Assembly (NCBI GenBank): GCA_963666055.2
Contig: CAXWPH010000010.1
Coordinates: 96,001-160,000, forward strand
Length of the DNA stretch: 64,000 nucleotides
Reading direction: 5' to 3'
From: Acidobacteriota bacterium
Lineage (GTDB): Bacteria > Acidobacteriota > UBA890 > WLXD01
Both the position numbers and the translations under genes were made by a program. Under the pieces are notes generated by a model. That model saw nothing but the letters and a program-made list of their open reading frames with translations, did not search any database and was not told the origin of the DNA. This document shows positions 17,703 to 28,727 of the stretch, one piece after another (position 1 is the stretch's first letter; every line of letters begins with the position of its first letter).

Positions 17703-20051
17703 TCACGACTCGCCACCGCGGGCGTCACGCACCAGCTCGAACAGTCGATTGGGGCTGAGCGGAATTTCGCGAATCTCCAACCCGTCGATTCCCAAGGCGT
17801 CCTCCACCGCTTGGGCGAACGCCGCCGCCGTCGGTATGCAGCCCGCCTCACCAGCCCCTTTCACGCCCAGCGGCGTGTCTGTGGCCGGTGTTTCAATGTG
17901 GTCGATGCGAACCCTGGGCACGTCGGTGGCAGTGGGCAGCAAGTAATCCATGAACGAGGCGTTCAGCAGCTGCCCGTTATCGTCGACCACCAAGTGCTCG
18001 TAGAAGGCATTGCCGATTCCCTGCGCCACGCCCCCCTGGATCTGACCGTCGAGAATCATCGGGTTGATGACACGCCCGCAGTCGTGGACCACGACGTAGT
18101 CGACGATATCGACGTCAAACGTCTCCGGATCGACCTCCACTCGCATGGCGTGGACACCGCTTGCGGTGGTCCCGCGGCTTGGCCCGAAGTAGGCGGTCGC
18201 CTCCAGCCCCGGCTCGGTGCCCGGCGCCACCGCGCCGCGTAACGGATTCGACGCCACCGCCAGATCGGCGAGTGTGATGCGGCGCTCCGGGTCGCCGTCG
18301 ACGCGAACTTCACTGCCACCGAGCAAGAGGTGCTCTTCGGGAGCCTCGAGCAGCTCACTGGCGAGCCGCAGGATCTTGGCGCGCACGAGCTCGGCCGCCG
18401 CATGGCAGGCGTTGCCGGCAACCACCGCTCCGCGACTGGCGAAGGTTCCGGTCCCCCAGTTGAACTCGCGTGTGTCGCCGGTAACCACACTGATGTCGGC
18501 CACGTCGACGCCGACCTGGTCGGCGACGATCTGTGCCAGCGAGGTGTAATGACCCTGCCCCTGCGTGCCGACGCCGGTTGCCACATGCACCTTCCCACTC
18601 GGCTCGACCGACACGCGAGCACCTTCGTAGGGGCCGATGCCGGTGCCCTCTACGTAGGAGACAACGCCGACCCCGACGCGCCGCCCCGACTGACGCGGCG
18701 GCGGGCGCTCGTCGCCTTCGAACTCTCGGTAGCCAATCAATTCGACGGCGCGATCGAGGGCCGGCTCATAGTTGCCGCTGTCGTAGGTCAGCGAAGAGAA
18801 GTCCTGGTAGACAAGGCCATGGTGGTGTGGGAAATCGTCTGGCCCCAGGTAGTTGAGTCGCCGGATCTCGACACGATCGATTCCGAGCTCACCGGCGGCG
18901 ATGTCGAGCAGGCGCTCCATCACGAACACACCGTGCTGCCGGCCGGCGCCGCGCACCGGCGTCACGATGGGGCGGTTGGTGAATACAACACGAAACTCGG
19001 AGTGGTAGTTGGGTACGTCGTAACAGCCCAGCAAGGTGCATTGGCTGTTTATGGGAATGGTCAGTCCGTAGGGATCGTAGGCACCGGTGTCGTGCAGGAA
19101 CTCGTCGCGAATGCCGAGGATGCGCCCGTCGGTGGCGAGCGCCATTTCCGCCTCGTGAATTTGCGCACGCTCCTGTGTGGTGGCGTAGAAGTTCTCGCTA
19201 CGATCCTCGATCCACTTCACCGGACGACCGAGCTGCATCGAGATCCAAGGGATCAGCACCTCCTCCGGGTAGAACATCATGATCTTCGGTCCGAACGCAC
19301 CACCGATGAACGGCGCCACCACGTCGACTTCACGCTCCGCCAACCCCAGCCATCGGGCGAGTCCGTTGCGCACCGGAATCGGCGCCTGTGTGGTATCCCA
19401 GATCATCATCTTGCGAGCCCGTGCGTCCCAGCTCGCCACCACGCCGCGGTTCTCGATGGCGGCAGCGGCCCCGCGGTCGTAGTCGAAGCGGCGGCGTATG
19501 ACCAGATCCGCAGACTCGCAGGCCGCCCCGTAGTCGCCCTTGGTCTGCACACAGTGGGCCGCGAGGTTCGACCCCAGGTCCTCGTGCACAATGGCCGGCT
19601 CACCGCGCAACGCCGCCTCGAGGTCGACGACTGCCGGTAGCGGGTCCAGTTCGATGGCGATGTCCATCAGCGCGTCTTCCGCCAGATAGCGGCTGTCTGC
19701 CACTACCAGGGCGATCGGCTCGCCCGCGTACAGCACCTTGTCGCGCACCAAAGGCACCTGGGTACGCTCGTGGAAGATCAGGCCGTCGATCGGCGGCGGC
19801 CCCACCAGCAGTGGGCCATGTTGCCAGTAGTCTCCCAGGTCGGCGGCAGCGTATGCCGCCACGACCCCCGGCCGACGACGAGCGCGTGACAAGTCCACGT
19901 TGTTGAGGCGGGCATGCGCGTAGTCGCTACGGACGAAGGCGACGTGCAGCAATCCCGGAAGGTCGATGTCGTCGATGAACTGCGCTGCGCCGGTAAGAAG
20001 GCTGGCATCCTCGTTGCGCGGCAGCCGCCGCCCGAAGAAACGGCCGCTCAC
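17703..20051 (-). CDS. Molybdenum hydroxylase large subunit (xanthine dehydrogenase family, CoxL-like)
   Basis: GGAFGPK, PVRGAGR active-site loop, QGQGH.T..AQ, GTFASR, QIQGG.AQGIG, KGAGE. Confidence 0.93.
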   Translation of the reverse strand: MSGRFFGRRLPRNEDASLLTGAAQFIDDIDLPGLLHVAFVRSDYAHARLNNVDLSRARRRPGVVAAYAAADLGDYWQHGPLLVGPPPIDGLIFHERTQVPLVRDKVLYAGEPIALVVADSRYLAEDALMDIAIELDPLPAVVDLEAALRGEPAIVHEDLGSNLAAHCVQTKGDYGAACESADLVIRRRFDYDRGAAAAIENRGVVASWDARARKMMIWDTTQAPIPVRNGLARWLGLAEREVDVVAPFIGGAFGPKIMMFYPEEVLIPWISMQLGRPVKWIEDRSENFYATTQERAQIHEAEMALATDGRILGIRDEFLHDTGAYDPYGLTIPINSQCTLLGCYDVPNYHSEFRVVFTNRPIVTPVRGAGRQHGVFVMERLLDIAAGELGIDRVEIRRLNYLGPDDFPHHHGLVYQDFSSLTYDSGNYEPALDRAVELIGYREFEGDERPPPRQSGRRVGVGVVSYVEGTGIGPYEGARVSVEPSGKVHVATGVGTQGQGHYTSLAQIVADQVGVDVADISVVTGDTREFNWGTGTFASRGAVVAGNACHAAAELVRAKILRLASELLEAPEEHLLLGGSEVRVDGDPERRITLADLAVASNPLRGAVAPGTEPGLEATAYFGPSRGTTASGVHAMRVEVDPETFDVDIVDYVVVHDCGRVINPMILDGQIQGGVAQGIGNAFYEHLVVDDNGQLLNASFMDYLLPTATDVPRVRIDHIETPATDTPLGVKGAGEAGCIPTAAAFAQAVEDALGIDGLEIREIPLSPNRLFELVRDARGGES

Positions 20052-20569
20052 CCCTCGGACTCCCCATCGTCGGCGTGCATGCGGCGGGCCGCCAGCGCCA
20101 CCGCGTCGACGATGTGCTGGTAGCCGGTGCAACGGCAGAGGTTGCCCGACAGCGCCGCGCGGATGTCGTCTTCGGAAGGCTGCGCGTTGCGCTCGACGAA
20201 CGGCAACAAGGTCATCAGGAACCCTGGCGTACAGAACCCGCATTGCAGCGCGTGGGTTTCCCTGAACGCAACCTGCAGTGGATGCAGCTCCTCGGTGCCG
20301 GCGGGTGCGAGCGCTTCGACGGTGCTGATATCGAGACCATCGGCCTGCACCGCGAACATCAGGCAGGAACGTACTGGAGCCCCATCGACCAGCACGGTGC
20401 AAGCGCCACACACACCATGCTCACATCCAACGTGGGTGCCCGTAAGGCGCAGGTCAACGCGAATAAAGTCCGACAGCAACAACCGCGGCTCCACCACCCC
20501 GGTCACTTCGCAGCCATTTACCCGCAGCCGGACGTCCACTGTCTGGGGACTGGATCCTGCTTCGCTCAC
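20048..20569 (-). CDS. Molybdenum hydroxylase 2x[2Fe-2S] subunit (CoxS/CutS-like)
   Basis: GCEHGVCGACT, QCGFCTPG, NLCRCTGY. Confidence 0.95.
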   Translation of the reverse strand: MSEAGSSPQTVDVRLRVNGCEVTGVVEPRLLLSDFIRVDLRLTGTHVGCEHGVCGACTVLVDGAPVRSCLMFAVQADGLDISTVEALAPAGTEELHPLQVAFRETHALQCGFCTPGFLMTLLPFVERNAQPSEDDIRAALSGNLCRCTGYQHIVDAVALAARRMHADDGESEG

Positions 20570-20630
20570 GGCCGGTAACTATACAGACGGCCGGCGCCCG
20601 GCCGCGACCGCTTCCCCGGTCGTGTTCGGC

Positions 20631-22445
20631 CTACGTTGCCGCGTCGAGAACCGACTCTCCGCTGCTCTTGAGAAGGATCGAAACGGTCGTTCCCTCGCCT
20701 GGAGTGCTCTGCAGGTCGATGTGGCCTCCATGCGCCTGGACGATGTCGTGGCAAATGGAGAGCCCGAGACCGGTTCCTTGGTCACCCGGCTTGGTTGTGA
20801 AGAACGGTTCGAAGACGCGGTCTCGTAATTGCTGGTCCATGCCACAACCGGTATCTGAGACGGAGATCTTCACATAGCGGCCCGGCACCAAGCCCTCGAC
20901 CGACCTGTCGTATTCCTCCACCAGCAGGTTGCTCGTCTCGATCGTTAACACCCCGCCACCGGGCATGGCATCCCGAGCATTGATGGCGAGGTTCATAATG
21001 ACCTGTTCGATTTGGGACGCGTCGGCCCAGACGTTGTCGACGACCGGGGCGATGCGGAACTCTGGCTTGATCCCGTGACCCATCAGCCGGTCCAGCAATC
21101 GTGAGATGTTCGCAGTCAGATCGTTGAGTGCGAGATCACTGAGCTCGGGTGGTTCGTGTCGGCTGAACACTAGGAGCTGTTTCGCTAAACCAGTGGCCCG
21201 TGCGGTGGCTTCAAGCACCTGGTGCAGATCATCAGCGACCTCTGAACGTTTCGGCGTCTGGTCGAGCGCGAGCTCGGTAAAGGCCCTTACTGGGACCAGT
21301 AGGTTGTTGAACTCGTGCGCGATCCCAGCAGCGAGCTTCCCGACCACCTCGAGCTTCTGGGAACGACGCAGCTGCTTCTCGCGCCGTGCCAAGTCTCTGA
21401 CGGCTCTATCTCGCTGCCCACTGGAGTATCGCTGCTGTACGAAGGCGAGGGCTCCCAGAACCACGAGTGTCGTCGCAGCGCACGCGGCACGAGTCCGACT
21501 GGCCTCGTAGTTCTGGAAACCTATTGCCACGAGCCCAAGATGGAGAGCAGGAAGAGTCACGGCGAAGGCTAGCAAACGACCCGTACCCCACAGTTGTTCC
21601 TGGGGCTGCGGGATCGGCGCCACTTCCATCCGTTGTGCTGTAGCGGGCGCACTCACGACACCGACGCACGCCGCCACGATGACGAGCGCGTAGGGCAGCA
21701 GCCAGAGAGTGTCCCACAAGCTAACTGCATCTACGGCCGAGATCGCCTTGGCTTCGATCGCCCCCTCGATAACGTCCAACACAGACCAAGCCGCGACGTT
21801 GAGCGCCAAGAGACCGTAGACCCATCGCCAGTAAGACGCAGCATCTGTAGCGTGCCAGAGGGCCAGTAGGGTTCCGAGCAGGAGCAAGTTAAAAACCCCG
21901 AACATGAGGAACGGGGTGATCGACTCGAGATGTTGACTGCGGTCCTCGCTAGCAGGGATGAACACGAAATAGATCAGCAGACCGAACGCGAAAAGCAGAG
22001 TACCGAGAACCTCGATCCACCGTCCGGCGCTACTGGTCGTGGCGGCCTGCGCCAGATGCGGTCGGAAGGAGACGGCTACAAGCAGCCCCGCGTAGTAGCA
22101 AAGATACAGACCATCGGCCGCTAGTAGGCTGGACCCGGTGTCCTCCGGTACCGCCAGATACAGCACCCGAACCCCCAGCCAGGCAATGTAGGCGGCTGCG
22201 ATGGCAAGCCAGAACCTCCGGTGGGCTTGCTGGCGGCAGGCTCCCATGCCATGCAGGAGTGCGACAAGGGTGACAATGATGAGCAGCAGGTGCGTGTAGT
22301 TGTTGGCGAACTCGAGCAGCCACTCGGAATCGATTGCCGGCAGAAGAAACGGCAGCATCACGACAGCGTAGACGAGCCCCGAGACACGGACTACGCGATC
22401 GGCTAGCAGGTTATGCAGCATGCCGGCCTTCTCGTGCTGCGCCAC
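20631..22445 (-). CDS. Membrane-bound sensor histidine kinase (multi-TM N-terminus, HisKA + HATPase)
   Basis: GIAHEFNNLL H-box, NL.INARDAM, DTGCGM, FEPFFTTK, GTGLGL. Confidence 0.92.
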   Translation of the reverse strand: MAQHEKAGMLHNLLADRVVRVSGLVYAVVMLPFLLPAIDSEWLLEFANNYTHLLLIIVTLVALLHGMGACRQQAHRRFWLAIAAAYIAWLGVRVLYLAVPEDTGSSLLAADGLYLCYYAGLLVAVSFRPHLAQAATTSSAGRWIEVLGTLLFAFGLLIYFVFIPASEDRSQHLESITPFLMFGVFNLLLLGTLLALWHATDAASYWRWVYGLLALNVAAWSVLDVIEGAIEAKAISAVDAVSLWDTLWLLPYALVIVAACVGVVSAPATAQRMEVAPIPQPQEQLWGTGRLLAFAVTLPALHLGLVAIGFQNYEASRTRAACAATTLVVLGALAFVQQRYSSGQRDRAVRDLARREKQLRRSQKLEVVGKLAAGIAHEFNNLLVPVRAFTELALDQTPKRSEVADDLHQVLEATARATGLAKQLLVFSRHEPPELSDLALNDLTANISRLLDRLMGHGIKPEFRIAPVVDNVWADASQIEQVIMNLAINARDAMPGGGVLTIETSNLLVEEYDRSVEGLVPGRYVKISVSDTGCGMDQQLRDRVFEPFFTTKPGDQGTGLGLSICHDIVQAHGGHIDLQSTPGEGTTVSILLKSSGESVLDAAT

Positions 22446-22595
22446 GGTCGTTACCCCGCCCCGCTCTTGGAGTTCTACCCCACTGTGCGCCTTCTTCCGT
22501 CTTCCTCGCCCACTATCTCTATGTAGTAATCCCTTACGTCACGTTCTTACGAGGGGTTGCATCACCGCAGGGCTGCCCGTCCTCGGAATGCACAG

Positions 22596-23750
22596 CTAGG
22601 CGCCCAGATGCGCGGCGCGCTTGAGCAGCAACCGCTCGCCAAGCGGGGCAGAAACCAGGATCCGCACGATGCGCTCCGCAGCCTGGCCGTCGCCGTAGGG
22701 ATTCTCCATTCCGTCGAGCGAAGCTCTGAGCTCCGGCTGCAGCGCCCGCTCGATGGCAGCACCAATGGAGTCGGCCGCGGCCTCCACATCGATGACGTTG
22801 GCGGCGCGCTGACGCCCCTGCTGGCGGATGCCGACGTTGACTACCGGTATACCTAGCGATGCCGCCTCCATGATGCCGCTCGAGGAGTTGCCGACCAGCA
22901 CCGCGGCGTGGCCTAGCAGCCCCCAGTAGACCGTGGAGCCCAGGTTGACGTGCAGGCGCGCATCGGCACGCGCGGCGCAGAAGCGTTCGGCCCGAGCAAT
23001 AAGCTCACGGCTGCCGGCGTCGCTGTTCGGAAACAAGAAGACGATGGGAAGTTCCACCGCGTCGAGCGCCACGAACAACTCGTCGGCCTCGCGGACGGTG
23101 TCGCGCGCCAACGTAACGGGATGGTACGCGGCCAGGACCGGCGACGGAACCAGCGACATGCCGAGCTCGGCCTCAAGCTCCCGGCGCGATGGGAGCTGAC
23201 TTCGGCGGAGGTGGTCGAGCGATGGCGCGCCCACCTGATGAACCCTCCATTCCTCCTCGCCCATCGTCAGCACCCGTCGACGGGCCAGGGCGGTCGGTGT
23301 CAGGTGAATATGGCTCATCATGGTCAGCGCATTGCGCACTGCATGATCGATCGCCCCCTCGCTGACCTCGCCCCCCTCGATGTGCGCGATGGGAATGCGT
23401 AGCGCTAGCGCCGCCGCCGCCGGCGCAAGCATCTCGTAGCGGTCGGCGACCAGCAGCAGCAGGTCCGGGCGCATCCGCCCGAGGACGTCGGCGAGGCCGA
23501 GTATCGCCACGCCGATGGTCTTCGCCATGCCGACGTCGGTATCGGAGCTCAGCAGGCACTCTATCCGTTCGTCGACGATGAGACCATCGGCCTCGATCTC
23601 GGCGACCGTCGTTCCAAACTCGGGGGAAAAATGCGGCCCGAGCGCGATCAGCCGCCGGTCGATCTCCGGGTGTGCGTCGAGCTCACGCAGGACCCAGTAG
23701 AGATGGCTGTAGTCGGCCCGCGACGTGGTGACGACAGCGATGCAACGCAT
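22596..23750 (-). CDS. neuC: UDP-N-acetylglucosamine 2-epimerase (hydrolysing, NeuC-like)
   Basis: TSRADY, ADRYE, HIEGGE.S.GAID..VRNA, YHPVT, GNSSSG..EA, G.RQ.GR, NPYGDG. Confidence 0.88.
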   Translation of the reverse strand: MRCIAVVTTSRADYSHLYWVLRELDAHPEIDRRLIALGPHFSPEFGTTVAEIEADGLIVDERIECLLSSDTDVGMAKTIGVAILGLADVLGRMRPDLLLLVADRYEMLAPAAAALALRIPIAHIEGGEVSEGAIDHAVRNALTMMSHIHLTPTALARRRVLTMGEEEWRVHQVGAPSLDHLRRSQLPSRRELEAELGMSLVPSPVLAAYHPVTLARDTVREADELFVALDAVELPIVFLFPNSDAGSRELIARAERFCAARADARLHVNLGSTVYWGLLGHAAVLVGNSSSGIMEAASLGIPVVNVGIRQQGRQRAANVIDVEAAADSIGAAIERALQPELRASLDGMENPYGDGQAAERIVRILVSAPLGERLLLKRAAHLGA

Positions 23751-23811
23751 GTACCGATGGTATAGGCCGAGCCGGCGCAGACGAATCAGGCAGAACACCC
23801 GTGATAGATAG

Positions 23812-23845
23812 TCTACAATGTGAACTGTAAATTCGACAATGTCGA
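23812..23845. promoter_or_regulatory. Tandem palindromic operator-like sites upstream of padR
   Basis: Perfect TCGACA-A-TGTCGA at 23833-23845 and degenerate TCTACAATGTGAA at 23812-23824, 21 bp apart. Confidence 0.55.
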
Positions 23846-23890
23846 CTCGTCGGCAGAATTCAAGAACTCTGCGCTAATCGAGATTGACTG

Positions 23891-24220
23891 TTGGGAAAGA
23901 GCTATCTCGGCGAATTCGAACAGATGCTCCTGCTCGCAATCCTCCGCGGGGGTGACGACGCCTACGCTCTCGAGATCCGGCGCGAGCTACAAGAGCACGC
24001 CGGCCGACGTGTCAGTCGCGGAGCTTTCTACACCACGCTCGACCGTATGCAGGCCAAGGGCTACCTGAGGTGGACGACCCGTCCGATCAGCAACGCTCGT
24101 GGCGGCCGCCCGCAACGACACTTCCAGGTCACCGAGGAAGGGCTCGAGCAGCTGCGGCGCGCCCACCGGGCGCTGACCAGTCTGTGGGATGGCCTCGACC
24201 AGTACTTGGCACAATCATGA
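23891..24220 (+). CDS. PadR family transcriptional regulator
   Basis: LGEFEQ..LLA...AY...I..E, GA.Y.TL.R...KG and GRP.R.F.VT..G winged-helix motifs. Confidence 0.9.
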   Translation: MGKSYLGEFEQMLLLAILRGGDDAYALEIRRELQEHAGRRVSRGAFYTTLDRMQAKGYLRWTTRPISNARGGRPQRHFQVTEEGLEQLRRAHRALTSLWDGLDQYLAQS

Positions 24221-26910
24221 GCCGCGCCGGGAAATGCTCCCCTGCCCCGCCGCGGGCAGCCGAGCGCCTGCTCGAAGCAGCGCTCCCCCGAGGACAGGTC
24301 GGGAGCAGCATCATTGGCGACCTACATCAGGAATATCAGGAGCGCGGTGCACAGAGCGGGCGCCTGCGGCTCATAGCCTGGTACTGGCTGCAGGCGCTGG
24401 CGCTGGCATGGCACTACTCCAGGCGCGTCTCACCGCATGGAATCCCCCTCAACGACAAGGGACACGAGCCGATGACATCGCTGATCTCAGACCTGCGCTA
24501 CGGCGTCCGCATGCTCGTAAAGACGCCGCTCGTGTCGGTGATCGCGACCCTGACGATCGCCATGGGAATAGCTCTTACGGTGCACACCTTCAGCATCGTC
24601 TATGGCAGCGTCATGCGCGGCCTGCCGCTCCCGGATGACGATCGCTTGATGCAGATCCTGCAGAACGACACCGAGGCGGGCTTCCAGGGGATGTCGCTGG
24701 GAATTCACGACTACCTCGATTTCCGTGATCAGAGCGACTCGTTCGAGGAGCTCGGAACGTATTACTGGGGGACGGTGAATCTGGCCGGCGACGATCAGCC
24801 GCCGGAGCGCTACGAGGGGGCTTTCGTCTCGGCGAATGCCCTGTCGTTGCTGGGGGTTCCTGCATTGCTGGGCCGTACGTTCGTCGCCGGCGAGGACTCC
24901 TCCGACGCCGAACCCTCGATCGTGATCGGCTACGCGGTTTGGCGCAATCGCTTCGGCGGCGACCCCAACATCGTCGGACGAACGCTGCGAATCAACGGCG
25001 AGACCGGCACGGTACTCGGCGTCATGCCGGAGGGCTTCCGCTTCCCCTTCAATCACGAGGTCTGGATACCGCACCGGGCCGAAGTAGACGGGGCAGCGGA
25101 CCGCGGTGGCGGACGCTTCGAGACCTTCGGCCGCCTGCGTACCGACGTCAGCGTCGAGGCGGCCACCGCGGAGATCAGTGCAATCACCGAGCGGATCAGG
25201 TCGGAGTTCCCGGAGGAGATGGCCGGTATCGAATCGTACATTTCCCTGTTCGAGCATCGCTATATGCCGCCGCAGATCACCGCTGCGGTGTGGGTGCAGC
25301 TGGTCGCAGTGTTCGGCGTGCTAATGATCGCCTGCGCCAACGTCGCCAACCTGCTGCTGGCGCGCGCCTCGGTGCGTGGACGGGAGGTGGCAATCCGCTC
25401 CGCCCTCGGCGCCAGCCGCGCCCGCGTGATCCGCCAACTGCTGATCGAGGCCTTGGTTCTGGGTATCGTCGGCGGCACCATCGGACTGATCGCCGCCAAG
25501 ATCGGCGTCGACCGATTCAGCGCCGCGCTAGTGGATATCCAGAAGCCCTACTGGATCGACATACGAGTCGACGCGCCCGTCGTCTTCTTCTCCATCGCCG
25601 TGACCCTCCTGGCGGTGGCCCTCGCCGGCACCCTTCCGGCGTTGCGCGCTTCGGGATGCGGGGTCAGCACGATCCTTCAGGACGAGAGCCGCGGCACCAG
25701 CCTGCGGATGGGCCGTCTGAGCGGCGTTCTGGTGATCGGTGAGATCGCTATTTCGGTGGCGCTGCTGATCACCGCCGGCTTGATGATCAAGAGCATCATC
25801 AACGTGAACCGAGTCGATCTGGGCTTTCGGACCGACAACATCCTGACGGCACGGGTGGGGCTGTTCGAGGTCGACTATCCGGCTCGGACCGACCGGGAGA
25901 GTTTCTTCATCAGCTTGCTCGACCGCTTGCGCTCGCAGCCAGGCATCGACAAAGCGGCGCTGACGAGCCATGTTCCGGGTAGAGGGTCGATGCGTCTGCT
26001 CACCAGCATCGAAGGCGAAGACTATGCGTCGACCAGCGACTACCCGGTGGTGGCAGCGACGATCGTCAGCTCAGGCTTCTTTGACGCCTACGACGTGCCG
26101 ATTCTTCAGGGCCGTGACTTTCGACCGGAGGAGGCACGATCCGATTCGGACGCGGTGGTCATCGTCAACGAGTCGTTCGTACGCCGATTCCTCCCCGATG
26201 ACAACCCACTCGGGCAACTCGTCAAGGCCGGCCGAGTCGATTCCGATGACCCCTGGATGCGGGTAGTCGGGGTGGCCGCCGACATGCACATCGGCGGCGG
26301 CGTGGGCGGGCTCGGAAGCGATCGCAATAACCCCGAGCAGTACTACGTGCCCTTCGGTGCCTTCGACACGCGCTTCTCCAGTATCGTGCTACGAACGCCC
26401 GGCACCCCGCAGGAAGCGACCTCGGTGATGCGCAGCACGGTCACCGACCTCGATTCCAACATGCCGATCTACGAGGTCGCCACGATGGAGCGAGCAATGG
26501 AGCAGGCGACCTGGGCGTTCAGGGTCTTCGGGCAGCTCTTCGCCACCCTGGGGGTGGCAGCGCTGTTCCTTGCCTCCGTCGGCCTGTACGGCGTGATGTC
26601 GTTCTCGGTGTCGCTGCGCCGGACGGAGCTCGGTATCCGCATGGCGCTGGGAGCACAGGCGAGAGACCTACTCGGCACGGTCATGCGGAAGGGCGCCTGG
26701 CAGCTCGCGATCGGCATCGTGCTGGGCTTGGGGATTGGCGTCATCCTGAGTCGGCCGCTAAGTGCGATCACGTTTGGTGTAGAGACCACCGACCTCTCTG
26801 TATACGCGGCCATCGTGGCGACGATCACGGTTACCGGGTTGCTGGCAACGCTATTGCCGGCGCGCAAAGCGACACAGGTAGACCCGAACGATGCCCTGCG
26901 AATCGAGTGA
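24217..26910 (+). CDS. Duplicated orphan ABC permease (ADOP-type, MacB_PCD/FtsX twice)
   Basis: DLRYG.R.L.K.P, IACANVANLLLARA..R.RE.AIR.ALGA, GLYGVMS..V..R..ELGIRMALGA, PARKA..VDP..ALR.E; translationally coupled to padR. Confidence 0.92.
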   Translation: MSRAGKCSPAPPRAAERLLEAALPRGQVGSSIIGDLHQEYQERGAQSGRLRLIAWYWLQALALAWHYSRRVSPHGIPLNDKGHEPMTSLISDLRYGVRMLVKTPLVSVIATLTIAMGIALTVHTFSIVYGSVMRGLPLPDDDRLMQILQNDTEAGFQGMSLGIHDYLDFRDQSDSFEELGTYYWGTVNLAGDDQPPERYEGAFVSANALSLLGVPALLGRTFVAGEDSSDAEPSIVIGYAVWRNRFGGDPNIVGRTLRINGETGTVLGVMPEGFRFPFNHEVWIPHRAEVDGAADRGGGRFETFGRLRTDVSVEAATAEISAITERIRSEFPEEMAGIESYISLFEHRYMPPQITAAVWVQLVAVFGVLMIACANVANLLLARASVRGREVAIRSALGASRARVIRQLLIEALVLGIVGGTIGLIAAKIGVDRFSAALVDIQKPYWIDIRVDAPVVFFSIAVTLLAVALAGTLPALRASGCGVSTILQDESRGTSLRMGRLSGVLVIGEIAISVALLITAGLMIKSIINVNRVDLGFRTDNILTARVGLFEVDYPARTDRESFFISLLDRLRSQPGIDKAALTSHVPGRGSMRLLTSIEGEDYASTSDYPVVAATIVSSGFFDAYDVPILQGRDFRPEEARSDSDAVVIVNESFVRRFLPDDNPLGQLVKAGRVDSDDPWMRVVGVAADMHIGGGVGGLGSDRNNPEQYYVPFGAFDTRFSSIVLRTPGTPQEATSVMRSTVTDLDSNMPIYEVATMERAMEQATWAFRVFGQLFATLGVAALFLASVGLYGVMSFSVSLRRTELGIRMALGAQARDLLGTVMRKGAWQLAIGIVLGLGIGVILSRPLSAITFGVETTDLSVYAAIVATITVTGLLATLLPARKATQVDPNDALRIE

Positions 26911-26934
26911 CGTGAGAGTGTGGCGTGCCTGCTA

Positions 26935-28038
<1,104 letters not shown>

Positions 28039-28081
28039 GCGCGTTTCCTGTTCGCGTCGCCTGAGCTGCGCGACGGCGTGT

Positions 28082-28114
28082 CTAGCAGGCCGTGGTGGAA
28101 GTGTGGCCTGCTAG
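28082..28114 (+). repeat. Miniature 25-bp derivative of the TIR element with CTAG duplication
   Basis: CTAG-CAGGCCGTGGTGGAAGTGTGGCCTG-CTAG. Confidence 0.85.
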
Positions 28115-28238
28115 CATCAGACGGAAGCATATTCGAGATGGTGGCGAATGGCCTCTATGACGATAGCGGGATGCTCGCGGCCTCCCGTGACCAGCGTGAT
28201 CTCGAGCTTCGCCCGGCAGCGCGCACGAGCGACCGTGG

Positions 28239-28724
28239 CTATGCATCGTCATTTGGCCCCAGCTTCTCGGCGCGCTCGCCGATCAACTCGACGACCCGGG
28301 CCACTCGCTTCGTCCGCATCGTGACGCTTTGGGCATCACCTACGAAGCGCAGCATCTCGCGACGGAGTCCCGGCGGCAGCAGCTCCAGCGCCTCGACGCC
28401 CCTCTCTAGACGCTCCACCGCTTCGACGATGTCATCCGGCAAAACGTCGATCGGAGCATCATCAACCACCAACTCGACGCGCACCATATCTCCCGCGTCC
28501 ACCCCGGCAGCGCGACGCAACTCGTCGTGCAGGAACAGTCGAAAGCCGCCGCCACTGCGACGCATCAGCGTAGTAGCGCGCTCCCGCCCGCCGACGGTCG
28601 CAACCACCGGCGGATACTGCCAATCGTCGAGCGCAGCAGCCAGCTGCTGCGGAACGTCGACACAGCGCAGGATCCCCTGCCGGTAGACGCGCGCCTCGAA
28701 CGCCCAGGTAGCAGCACCGGGCAT
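28239..28724 (-). CDS. DUF1905 / YdeI-OmpD-associated family protein
   Basis: PV.ATV, ELRRAAGV..GD.VRVEL..D, LP.D and L.PG.RR.....V..A....TR.KR pattern. Confidence 0.7.
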   Translation of the reverse strand: MPGAATWAFEARVYRQGILRCVDVPQQLAAALDDWQYPPVVATVGGRERATTLMRRSGGGFRLFLHDELRRAAGVDAGDMVRVELVVDDAPIDVLPDDIVEAVERLERGVEALELLPPGLRREMLRFVGDAQSVTMRTKRVARVVELIGERAEKLGPNDDA

Positions 28725-28727
28725 CGG

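Noticed and set aside
17703-20051. Aerobic CO dehydrogenase (form I CoxL)
   Set aside because: The active-site loop is PVRGAGR rather than AYxCSFR, the gene order is S-L-M, and the context is nucleobase transport.
21948-22410. CTAGCAGG matches inside the kinase gene
   Set aside because: Only 8 nt match and the sequence diverges immediately; compatible with chance.
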